Positions 1 through 9,416 of a stretch of DNA of 20,000 bases are shown one piece after another. The position numbers were made by a program, and so were the translations under genes. Position 1 is the stretch's first letter, and each line of letters opens with the position of its first letter. The stretch covers positions 82,268,566-82,288,565 of the forward strand of contig NC_057711.1 of assembly GCF_004010195.1 (NCBI RefSeq), given 5' to 3'. The notes under the pieces are model-generated. The model was not told the DNA's origin. It worked only from the letters and a program-made list of their open reading frames with translations, and ran no database searches. The stretch comes from Chiloscyllium plagiosum (taxonomy: Eukaryota).

Positions 1-78
1 CCTTTCCAAAATGCATCAACTCACATTTACCTAAATTAAACTCCATCTGCCAATCCTCGGTCCATCTGATCAAGATCC
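1..78 (-). mobile_element. CR1 LINE ORF2 fragment (RT C-terminal region), runs off window start
   Basis: Reverse complement translates to EDWQMEFNLGKCELMHFGK, matching the CR1 ORF2 motif WQMxFNxxKCxVMHFG. Confidence 0.8.
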
Positions 79-712
79 TTGAGGTAAACATTATGAAAGG
101 TACTTTATTGAGGGGCTGTACAAAATGATAGCAAAACAATATTAATTTGCCTTCAACTGGAAACCTCTAATTTGACTCTGCAAAAGAAGTCAGAACATTT
201 CCCATATGAACTCCGGACTTGAACCACATATCCTTTCACCTAAAAAAATTCCTTTTTAGGATATTAAATCAGTGAGAGCTTCAGAATCACAATCTTATGG
301 CACAAAGGTAAGCTGTTCAGCCATTGTTAAATAGCATTCTTAGCGCACACCAATCTCCTGCTTTTTCCCCATACCACTGCACATTATTTTTATCCAAATG
401 ATTGTCCAATGTCCACTTAAATACCTTAATTGAACCTGCTTCCACCACACTTCCAGGCAGAGCATTCTCTCCCATAATTACTCCGAGTGAAAACAGTTTG
501 TCTTTGCTTTTTTTGCAAATTAAATTAAAATCTATACTTTGTCCCTTTTTACAGGAAACAGTTTCTCCCTATCTTCAATTTTGTAAACCTCTATCGGATT
601 TCTTCTTTACTGCTTTCTCTCCAAGGAGAAAACACCTAACTTCTTTAATCTATCCTCACAATTGAGGTCTCTCATTATTGTGGTTCTATTCGCCGAGCTG
701 GGAATTTGTGTT

Positions 713-752
713 GCAGACGTTTCATCCCCTGTCTAGGTGACATACTCAGTGC
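713..752 (-). ncRNA. Minimal hammerhead ribozyme motif, core-mutated (CUGAGUA, G8U)
   Basis: Minus strand reads GCA CUGAGUA U GUCACCU AGAC AGGGGAU GAAAC GUC UGC. Confidence 0.75.
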
Positions 753-1170
753 TTGGGAGCCTCCTGTGAAGCGCTTCTGTGATCTTTCCTCCGGCATTTG
801 TAGTGGTTTGAATCTGCCGCTTCCAGTTGTCAGTTCCAGCTGTCCGTTGCAGTGGTCGGTATATTGGGTCCAGGTCAATGTACTTATTGATTGAATCTGT
901 GGGTGAGTGCCATGCCTCTAGGAATTCCCTGGCTGTTCTCTGTTTGGCTTGTCCTATAATAGTAGTGTTGTCCCAGTCAAATTCATGTTGCTTGTCATCT
1001 GCGTGTGTGGCTACTAAGGATAGCTCATCCACAGATTCAATCAATAAGCACTTTGACCTGGACCCCATATACCGACCACTGCAATGGACAGCTGGAACTG
1101 GAGTGGCAGATTCAAACCACTACAAATGCCGGAGGAAACATCACAGAAGTGCTTCACAGGAGGCTCCCAA

Positions 1171-1210
1171 GCACTGAGGATGTCACCTAGACAGGGGACG
1201 AAACGTCTGC
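1171..1210 (+). ncRNA. Minimal type-I hammerhead ribozyme, intact core
   Basis: GCA CUGAGGA U GUCACCU-AGAC-AGGGGAC GAAAC GUC^UGC. Stem I is GCA/UGC, stem II has 6 pairs plus one mismatch, and cleavage is predicted after C1207. Confidence 0.85.
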
Positions 1211-2721
1211 AACACAAGTTCCCAGCTCGGCGAACAGAACCACAACGAGCACCCGAGCTACAAATCTTCTCACAAACTTTGAGGTCTCTCATCCCAGGAA
1301 CCATTCTTAAAAACTGATTCTGCACTCTCGCCAATGATCACATCGTTCCTATGATGTGGCACCCAGAACTGTACATAATACTGATGTGTTACAAGTGTCA
1401 TATACAAGTTCAACATCAACCTTGCTCTTGTACTCTACATACTTATTAATAAAGCAGATGATACTGCATATATTCCATAACATTCCCTCTACCTGCCCTG
1501 CCAATGACCCGTGCACATACACACTCAGGTCCCTCTTCTTCTGCATCCCGATTAGAATTGTACTCCCTATTTTACATTGCCTTTCCGCACTCTTCCTACC
1601 AAAAGTCATCACCTCACTTGTATGCATTGTAACTTGTCTGCCATCTATCTCCTTATTCCACCAACTATAACACAATGTATTAAAGCCCAACAATTCTGCT
1701 CCACCATTTAATGAATGATCTGATAATCCTCAACTCCACTTTCCTCTGTAACTTCTAGCTCCTTAAAAATTCCAAAGTTTACATACACTTTGGTTCACCT
1801 CTCTTTTTTTCCCAACCAACCCCATCCCATTTTTTGGTCAGACAACAGTCCTCAGTCCAATTTTCTGTAAATCCTCACCCATTTTATGTGCGAAAACTTT
1901 GTTTAATCAGGAAGATATCTTCCCCCAATCCTTCACACCATCACCATCATACATTCATGAACCCCATGGCATTTTTATTAGATCCACGTAGATGACATTG
2001 ATGTTGTTTTCCAATTGGGTATTAAATTAAATAAGTGCTCCTTTGAGATTGGAAGTCCATTTACTTTCACTGTAACCAAAAGCTTCTAAAATTCTACCCT
2101 CTCAAATTACTTAGCGAGGGGAAAGTTGGAGTATAGCTGCACAATTAATAATTAAATCCCATTCCAAACTAAGATTGCTGAGCGTTTATCAGCTCACATC
2201 TTAACACATTACGTGACTTGCTTTTAACTCTTACAAGTTAAACAGGGGTCTCATTTACTCTGTTAGCAGTGGAGCTGAAATGCACAACCACAAACAATCA
2301 AAAAGTCCGAGTCACATTCCTTGCCTCATCAATATCTAAAAGCCAACCTCTGTTTCAGGCAACTACAATTTGAAGTTGAGCAGCTGCCATTCGGATGAAG
2401 CAGGCCCGCAGCTGCTGGTGGTCCCCTTTGGAGTTTGTGGGCTATTTGGCAACATAAATAGAGGAGGTACAGAGACAATAAGACGGCCAAAAGATTCAGA
2501 AAACCCTTGGACAGCCATCCACCCCAGGACTGAGGATGGATGGCCAGGGATGGTGGTGATTTCAAACAGATTCACTGGCTCACCACTCACCATCTTCCTT
2601 AAACTATTTCCTGTTTCACTAATTGTGTGACCAGCAGTCACATATAAATAATCTCATCCTTATGAATTTAGTTAAAAAATCACACAACACCTGGTTATAG
2701 TCCAACAGGTTTAAATAGAAG

Positions 2722-2756
2722 CACTCGCTTTCGGAGCGCCGCTCCTTCATCAGGTG
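2722..2756 (-). ncRNA. Minimal hammerhead ribozyme motif, cleavage triplet mutated
   Basis: CAC CUGAUGA A GGAGC-GGC-GCUCC GAAAG CGA GUG. Core, stem I and stem II are perfect, but the NUH triplet reads CGA. Confidence 0.8.
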
Positions 2757-3142
2757 GTTGTAGAGGACACAATTGTAAGACACAGAATTTATAGCAAATG
2801 TTTAGAGTGTGATGTAACTGAAATTATACATTGAAAAATACCTTGATTGTTTTTAAAGTCTCTTATCTGTTAGAATGACCATGATAGTTTCACTTCTTTC
2901 ATATGTACATTACAAAACTTTTTTTAAAAAAAGTTATATTCTCAGGTTAACTGTAACAATTGGTGTCAGTGCAGATAAGATATTGAGACATTGAAGGTGT
3001 TAGCCCCGTGTTCCCTGTCTGTGCCATAATGTTTAGACTGATTCTAATCTAAAAAGTGAATTAACAGAGTCTTACATGGATTCATGCAGTTTTTGAGCAA
3101 AGTACAATGTAACTCTGCGAGTACAAATTCACCCCACAAACG

Positions 3143-3456
3143 TATATGTGTATGTGTGCGTGTGTGTGTGTCTGGGGTGGGGGTTTGTGAGTATCTGTGA
3201 GAGAGAGTGTATATGTGTGTGTGAGTATAAAGTGGTCTAAGTCTGTGAGAGGGTGCATGTGGGAGTGTGTGTGTGTCTGGGGTGGGGGGTTGAGAGTGTC
3301 TGTGAGAGAGAGTGTAAGTGTGTGTGAGTGTGTAAAGTGTCTAAGTCTGTGAGAGGATGCATGTGAGAGTGTCGGTAGGAGTGTGTGTTAGTGTCTGTGT
3401 ATAGGGGTGCCTGTGTGTGCGCGCAGACACATGTAGGAGTGTCTGTGTGTGTGTAT
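3143..3456. repeat. (TG)n-rich low-complexity tract with two copies of a ~104-105 bp unit, inside the PLE 3' UTR
   Basis: tctggggtgg occurs at 3171 and 3276, tctaagtctgtgagag at 3236 and 3340, with interspersed TG/GA runs. Confidence 0.9.
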
Positions 3457-3469
3457 AGTGCAATGGTGG

Positions 3470-4050
3470 TCACCTGTAGTGTGACATAAAATCAAGGTCC
3501 CAGTTGAGGCCCTCCCAATGGGTACCGAACTTAGCTATCAGCCTCTGCTCGGCCACTTTTCACTGCTGCCTGTCCCGAAGTCCGTCTTGGAGGATGGTCA
3601 CCTCAAGGTCCAAGGTCGAATGTCCTGGACCACTGAAGTGTTCCCCAACTGGGCGGGAACACTCCTGTCTGTTGGTTGTTGTGCGGTGCCCGTTCACCCG
3701 TTGCCGTAGCCTTTGCTCAATTTCACCAATGTACCATGCCTCAGGGCATCCTTACCTGCAGCGTATGAGATAGACAACGTTGGCTGAGTCACATGAGTAC
3801 CTGCCACGTACATGGTGGGTGGTGTCCCCACATGTAATGGTGGTATCTATGTCCACACTCTGACACGTCTTGCAGCGCCTACCGTGACAGGGTTGTATGG
3901 AGTTGTCCTGAAAGCCGGGCAGTTTGCTATGAACAATGATTGAGGTTTGGTGGTTGTTTAAAGGCGAGTGGAGGTGTGGGGAAGGTCTTGGCGAAGTGCT
4001 CATCCTCATTGATAATGTGTTGCAGGCTGCAAAAATCATGGCGTAGTTTT
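3470..4050 (-). pseudogene. PLE Cys-rich linker plus GIY-YIG endonuclease, disrupted
   Basis: One frame reads PCHGRRCKTC...YSCDSANVVYLIRCR*GCPEAWYIGEIEQRLRQRVNGHR...PVGEHFSGPGHS...QQ*KVAEQRLIAKFGTHWEGLNWDLDFMSHYR*. Premature stops at 3752-3754 and 3560-3562, terminal stop at 3470-3472. Confidence 0.9.
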
Positions 4051-5078
4051 CATTCTGATCCTTATGAATGTTCACCCTTAACATTATTACAATAGGCTCA
4101 CTACATCTACAAATTAAGATTAGTTCTCTGATCTTATAGGTTTTCATGAGAAGTCAGGCTTTGAACTATTTGCTTTTGGTTCAATACTCAAATAAAATCC
4201 TGTTTCTTGGAAACAGTACTTCGGCAGTGAAGGATCAAGTTCTGGCAGGAGGTTGAAATCATGCTCATTCTTTTGGTTTATCCATTGCCTGGATCATGTA
4301 ATCTACACGGACGTTTCACACCTTTCCATTAATTTTAGCCAAATATCTCTTCGTTGTATAGAGAAATGCTCAGTTTCCATATCCCACTTACATGACTTAA
4401 ATGTGGACCCAAACCATGACTGTGTCCATTTTGCCTGAAACTGTGTCATACAGTATTGACAACTTTGACTGAGCTTTTGTGTTTGTCTATAACAGTTGGT
4501 CTATAGTGCACAGTTGTTATATATTATAGCAGAAAATTATCAAGTCATTGTTTCATATTAAATCTTGAACACCCATGTATGTAGGACTTGCTTCTTAATT
4601 ATGTGCACCTTTTATTATCCTGACAAATCTTTGAGTTTAGAAACAGGAATAAGCTGTCTTTGATATTATTTTGTTTCATGCAATATTTGGATGAAACAGA
4701 ACAAATTAAAAACCTTCCACTGAAACAAAACCTTAAGGTAATCCATGACAAGCAAAAATAGATGGTAATGGTTCATTCAGTGTTGATGCTGTGCTTTACT
4801 GAATCCACTTAGAGAAGCTACTAATAAGTATCAAGAAATTTTCATTTTCTTTTTCACAAAAGTCTGCATGAATTATTTTCAAATGACCACAACCGCAGAA
4901 GGGCAGTAATTATGGCAGATAATACATTTGCTTACTAACATATCTAGATCACTGTCTAAACTAGCCAATGAATAAGTTCTGTTGCTATGGAGTTCATACT
5001 GTTTATTCCTGTGTGTTCAGTAAGTTCTATAAAAGTGTTATCTTTTGAAGAACTTGCTACTACCACCTTGTGACCTCA

Positions 5079-5198
5079 ATGTGGAGGTGCCAGTGTTGGA
5101 CTGGTGTGGACAAAATCAAGTCACACAACACCAGGTTATTGTCCAACTGGTTTATTTGAAATCACAAGCTTTCAGAGTGCTGCTCCTTCCTCTGGTGA
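5079..5198 (-). mobile_element. 120-bp PLE 3'-end fragment (hammerhead plus tail), related to the 2668-4053 family
   Basis: tcacacaacaccaggttattgtccaac matches 2680-2706. Direct repeat taccacctt at 5061-5069 and 5199-5207. Confidence 0.82.
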
Positions 5199-5199
5199 T
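5161..5199 (-). ncRNA. Degenerate hammerhead ribozyme motif
   Basis: AUCAC CAGAGGA A GGAGC-AGC-ACUCU GAAAG CUU GUGAU. 5-bp stem I, U4A core change, weakened stem II. Confidence 0.65.
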
Positions 5200-6428
5200 A
5201 CCACCTTATACATGACTGCTCTTTGTAATGATAATAGAATGGTTTCTGTTCCTCATGTGTACATTCACTGAATTCTGTCCATTCTTTCAAATATCTATTC
5301 AAAATGGTGGAGGCAGCAAGGTAGGTAGTGTTTGGGCTCCAGGCCCACCTAGTTCCTCTTGCATGACTAACCATATCCTTTTTTTTAATTTTATTTTTCT
5401 TCATTTCACTTTTGAATCAAATACATTTTTTTCTTCTTTCTGTGGCTGCAGTGGTGGAAAGAAGTTGCAGGGAGCTGTTGCGTGGCGGATCTGATCCATT
5501 CCTCACAGCCATGGCAGTCGCAATCGAGCAACTTTTCCTGTGTCGTTGAATTGGGATCTGTTCTTCTCTCTGATGTTAGGTCGGGAGTTAATTTGGATGG
5601 CTAGCCAGTTCACGAAAGTGGAGATGGAGACTGGTCCTCGAGAGTTGAGACACTCTTCTGGCGATGGCAGCAGCTGGAGTATCAGTAGCGATGAGGCTGC
5701 TTTGGTAGAGGCAATGTTCTGAGTCTGTTCAGTGGCAGCAGGGATTGCTTCTTCCTTGCTGTTGAGTCCACAGGGCATGGTTTGGTGGCTGCAGAGTGTG
5801 GCAACGTTCTGTAGCCACTTAGGAAATCAAGAAGCCATGCATGAAATTTGCCCTAACTTTATCTGATTTAATTCTATTTGTAATTTACATAATTAAAGTT
5901 GTGCTGGCTTATGGCAACTTATATTTATGAAAATACAGTAAAATGTGTATATGTAACCATAAATTACTGTTACTATTATTAACAGCAGTTCATAGACTTG
6001 TTTTGAACACTAAATCTTGCTGAATTGCAATGGTAATGATTGCGAAGTCATCATCTGAAACCCCTATTGAGAAAATTGCACCTTAAAAACCATCTACTGA
6101 GTCCTCGTGTGGTAAATGTGACAGTGTGTCATACAAGCATTGTTTATCAAACAATGATGTTAAACTTTATCCTCACACTGTAGAAGATGTTCAACCAACA
6201 GCTGCATGAATGAATGTATTCATATTTAATATTCATAGGCTGATGAATTATTTAAAAATTTAAGTATTTACTTATTAGTACTTGTTTTATTAGTATTTAT
6301 ACATACAATTAAAGAGAATCATTAATATCTCCGGAAATATTTGAATTGTTTTGGACTTTGATCCCCGAAAAAGCTAGGGTCAAACTATGATGAGGTGAAT
6401 GAGGCATTTGAAGAAAGAATTCTTTGTG

Positions 6429-7036
6429 GTGTAATGGTACAGAGAACACCAAATGGAGAATTCACCCCAAAGGTTTACAGGAAAGCCACACACACAAACC
6501 AAGTCCTGAACTACGAAAGCAACCACCCCAACACACACAAAAGAAGTTGCATCAAGACACTATTCAAAAGGGCCACAACACACTGCAGCACACCAGAACT
6601 GCAAAAAGAGGAAGAGGAACACCTATACAATGCATTCACCAAAAATGGATACCCACGCAATTTCATCAACAGATGCTTAAGGGAAAGACAACGGAACGAG
6701 GACATGCCACAACCCAAAGGACTAGCCACACTACCATACATCAAGAGCATTTCCAAACTGTATATAACAACCAACAAGCAGCATGAGTTCGACTGGGACA
6801 ACACTACTATTATAGGACAAGCCAAACAGAGAACAGCCAGGGAATTCCTAGAGGCATGGCACTCATCCACAGATTCAATCAATAAGCACATCGATCTGGA
6901 CTCAATATACCGACCACTGCAGCGGACAGCTGGAACTGACAACCAGAAGGGGCAGATTCAAACCACTATAAATGCTGGAGGAAACATCACAGAAGCGCTT
7001 CACAGCAGGCTCCCAAGTACTGAGGATGTCACCTAG
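6429..7036 (+). pseudogene. PLE RT C-terminal/thumb region fused in frame to the GIY-YIG C-terminus (within ORF 6395..7036)
   Basis: VYRKATHTNQVLNYESNHP..HKRSCIKTLFKRA..HCS....EEEEHL...F.KNGYP..FI is followed directly by KQHEFDW...REFLEAWHS. There is no YxDD and no VVY/YIG motif. Confidence 0.85.
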
Positions 7037-7056
7037 ACAGGGGACGAAACGTCTGC
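7017..7056 (+). ncRNA. Minimal type-I hammerhead ribozyme, intact core
   Basis: GUA CUGAGGA U GUCACCU-AGAC-AGGGGAC GAAAC GUC^UGC. Stem I is kept through a U-G wobble; cleavage is predicted after C7053. Confidence 0.85.
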
Positions 7057-7282
7057 AACACAAATTCCCAGCTCGGCGAACAGAACCACAACAACGAGCA
7101 CCCGAGCTACAAATCTTCACACAAACTTTGATTACCAAATATTTGAATACTCTCCCAAGGACATTTTGCCGATTCTAAACAATGAATAATAATCAGTATA
7201 TACCCTCCATCAGTAGCTAGTCCTGACAATAACAAGAACAAATCCCATAAGCTAGACAGAATTATTGCACAACTATGGCAAC

Positions 7283-7669
7283 CTAGGAACCCTCGAACCA
7301 CAAGGGATGAACTCAGACTTCTCCAGTTTCCTCATTTCCCCTCCCCCCACCTTATCTCAGTCCCAACCCTCAAACTCAGCACCACCTTCCTAACCTGCAA
7401 TCTTCTTCCTCTCCACCCCCAAACCCACTCCGGCCTATCACCCTCACCTTAACCTCCTTCCACCTATTGCATTTCCAACGCCCCTCCCCCAAGTCCCTCC
7501 TCCCTACCTTTTATCTTAGCCCGCTTGGCACACTTTCCTCATTCCTGAAGAAGGGCTCATGCCCGAAACGTCGATTCTCCTGCTCCTTGGATGCTGCCTG
7601 ACCTGCTGCGCTTTTCCAGCAACACATTTTCAGCTCTGATCTCCAGCATCTGCAGTCGTCACTTTCTCC
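7283..7669 (+). mobile_element. Neptune-like PLE 3' fragment (ORF end plus pseudo-LTR)
   Basis: Starts with LGTLEPQGMNSDFSSFLI (GIY-YIG C-terminus), then a C-rich UTR and a hammerhead. Perfect 15-bp TSD cacaactatggcaac at 7268-7282 and 7670-7684. Confidence 0.9.
7541..7576 (+). ncRNA. Minimal type-I hammerhead ribozyme, intact core
   Basis: AUUC CUGAAGA A GGGC-UCAU-GCCC GAAAC GUC^GAUU. Stem I is short; cleavage is predicted after C7572. Confidence 0.85.
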
Positions 7670-8184
7670 CACAACTATGGCAACTCAACTATACTCCATG
7701 CAGATGGCAAATCTCTCCAAATGGCAGGTCAGTATTAAAGGGCTGAGCACCTTAGAAATGCATTAAACCACCCATCCACCATACATGTTGTAGCTACAGA
7801 AAAGTTTCCAGAGTCGCCCAAATACGAAAGCTTTGGCAAGTTCTGTTGGAGAGATTGACATAGATATCAGATTCCTAATCTCAAGGAAAGCTTCAAATGC
7901 AGATGGACTTCAGAAGAAGGAACAGATCTGGAGACCCCAGTTAGCCATCAAACTGATGCAATTATATCACAGAATGTGTTCAGTAACTTCAGTTGCTTGT
8001 TTCATTCACCGTCTCTCACACACACTCGTTGTGCACAATCTAAGAAAATGCCAAACGACAGAAGATTGCGTTCCAGAGAGAAGGTTCAACAGGGGAGATG
8101 AAAAGCCAAAATTAGAAGAGATATCAAGGGAGTCAATAATGCACAGAAATTATAGGCCAGGTAAGGCACAAGGGAGTTTGGTAA

Positions 8185-8406
8185 GTTTGGATGGTATTTA
8201 TTTTAATGCAAGGACTCTGACAAACAAAGCAAATGAGTTGAGAGCATATATAAAACATTGGGTATGACATAGTTGCTATGACAGATACATAACTGAGAGA
8301 GGGGAAGGATTGGCAGCTTAAGATTCCAGGATACAGGGTCTTCACGTGAGACAGGAAAGCAGGTAACAGAGGATTGGATATTGCAATATTGATCAGGGAA
8401 TCTATT
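8185..8406 (+). mobile_element. CR1 LINE ORF2 N-terminus (APE endonuclease), decayed
   Basis: GIYFNARTLTNKANELRA, then after a frameshift YDIVAMTDT*LREGKDWQLKIPGYRVF, typical CR1 endonuclease motifs. Confidence 0.85.
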
Positions 8407-8412
8407 AGGTAT

Positions 8413-9416
8413 AAACAAGGACTGCAGATGCTGGAAACCAGAATCTAGATTAGAGTAGTGCTGGAAAAGCACAGCAGGTCAGGCAGCATCCGAGGAGCAG
8501 AAAAATCGACGTTTTGGGCAAAAGCCCTTCATCAGGAATAGAGGCAGGAAGCCTCCAGAGGGGAGAGATAAATGAGAGGGGGGTGGGGGATGGGGATGGG
8601 GAGACGTTGTCAGAGGCGGAAGATGAGGCGTTGTTCCTCCATGCGTCTGGTGGTGAGGGAGCAGTGGTGTAGGAGGCCCAGGACCTCCATGTCCTCGGCA
8701 GAGTGGGAGGGGGAGTTGAAATGTTGGGCCACAGGGCGGTGTGGTTGATTGGTGCGGGTGTCCCAGAGATGTTCCCTAAAGCGCTCTGCTAGGAAGCGTC
8801 CAGTCTCCCAAGTGTAGAGGAGACCACATAGGGAGCAACGGATACAATAAATGATTTTGGTGGATGTGCAGGTGAAACTTTGATGGATATGGAAGGCTCC
8901 TTTGGGGCCTTGGATGGAGGTGAGGGAGGTGGTGTGGGAGCAGGTTTTGCAATTCCTGCAGAGGCAGGGGAAAGTGCCTGGATGGGAGAGTGGGTTGTAG
9001 GGGGGGGGAAAAGAGGACCTGACCAGGTAGTCAGGGAGGGAACGGTCTTTGTGGAAAGCGGAAGGGGTGGGGAGGGAGATATATCCCTGATGGTGGGGTC
9101 TGTTTGGAGGTGGCGGAAATGTCATCAGATGATGTAGTTTATGTGAAGGTTGGTAGGGCGGAAGGTGAGCACCAGGAGGGTTCTGTCCTTGTTATGGTTA
9201 CAGGGGTGGGGTTTGAGGGTGGAGGTGCGGGATGTGGATAAGATGCGATGGAGGATATCTTAAACCATGTGGGAAGGGAAACTGCGGTCTCTATAGGAGG
9301 AGGCCATCTGGTGTGTTCTGTGGTGGAACTGGTCCTCCTGGGAGCAGATACGGTGGAGGCAGAGGTATTGGGAATATGAGATGGCATTTTTGCAGGAGTT
9401 TGGGTGGGAAGAGGTA
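8413..9416 (-). mobile_element. Neptune-like PLE, 5'-truncated, inserted in the CR1
   Basis: ORF 8610..9125(-) reads PGTFPCLCRNCKTC...FTCTSTKIIYCIRCSLCGLLYTWETGRFLAERFREH...PVAQHFNSPSH...EEQRLIFRL (Cys linker plus GIY-YIG). Pseudo-LTR with hammerhead at 8413-8600. Confidence 0.92.
8504..8539 (-). ncRNA. Hammerhead ribozyme motif, G12A mutated
   Basis: AUUC CUGAUGA A GGGC-UUUU-GCCC AAAAC GUC GAUU. Confidence 0.75.

Larger units (their letters stand above)
676..1278. mobile_element. Penelope-like element (Poseidon/Penelope-type), 5'-truncated fold-back insertion with inverted pseudo-LTRs
   Basis: 678-907 is the reverse complement of 1024-1245. It encodes the GIY-YIG C-terminus (LSLVATHADDKQHEFDW...AREFLEAWHS...SINKYIDLDPIY), has a 3' tail at 1246-1278 and a 14-bp TSD ttgaggtctctcat at 662-675 and 1279-1292. 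Confidence 0.9.
283..1665 (-). mobile_element. Decayed CR1 LINE 3' end, split by the PLE insertion at 676-1278
   Basis: ORF 1349..1693(-) contains SEVMTFGRK...KRDLSVYVHGSL (CR1 RT C-terminus). 283-675 resembles the CR1 ORF2 end and 3' UTR. The sequence is continuous across the duplicated target ttgaggtctctcat. Confidence 0.75.
2668..4053 (-). mobile_element. Penelope-like element (Neptune-like), 5'-truncated
   Basis: Contains a GIY-YIG coding remnant at 3470-4050, a CA/TG-rich 3' UTR and a hammerhead near the 3' end. Flanked by a 15/16-identical direct repeat tct(c/g)atccttatgaat at 2652-2667 and 4054-4069. Confidence 0.88.
6429..7130 (+). mobile_element. Penelope-like element (same family as 676-1278), 5'-truncated with internal deletion
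   Basis: 6852-7130 is nearly identical to 1024-1281. The upstream part encodes PLE RT C-terminal motifs. Confidence 0.92.

Noticed and set aside
402..1334. Cluster of overlapping ORFs on both strands
   Set aside because: Alternative or antisense frames of the PLE palindrome and the CR1 UTR; not independent genes.
1980..2098. Lipase-like reading on the minus strand (…KWTSNLKGALI*…NINVIYVD)
   Set aside because: In-frame stop, no HG or W motif residues and no convincing splice sites.
3237..3473. His/Thr-rich 78-aa ORF
   Set aside because: Translation of a (CA)n-rich tract.
6335..7148. aaatatttgaat at 6335-6346 and 7137-7148 as a TSD for the 6429-7130 PLE
   Set aside because: The left copy lies about 80 bp from the element boundary and the word is AT-rich, so chance is plausible.
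7833..8267. 144-aa ORF as a host gene
   Set aside because: Only the last ~25 residues are recognisable, and they are the CR1 endonuclease start; the ORF begins at a TTG codon.
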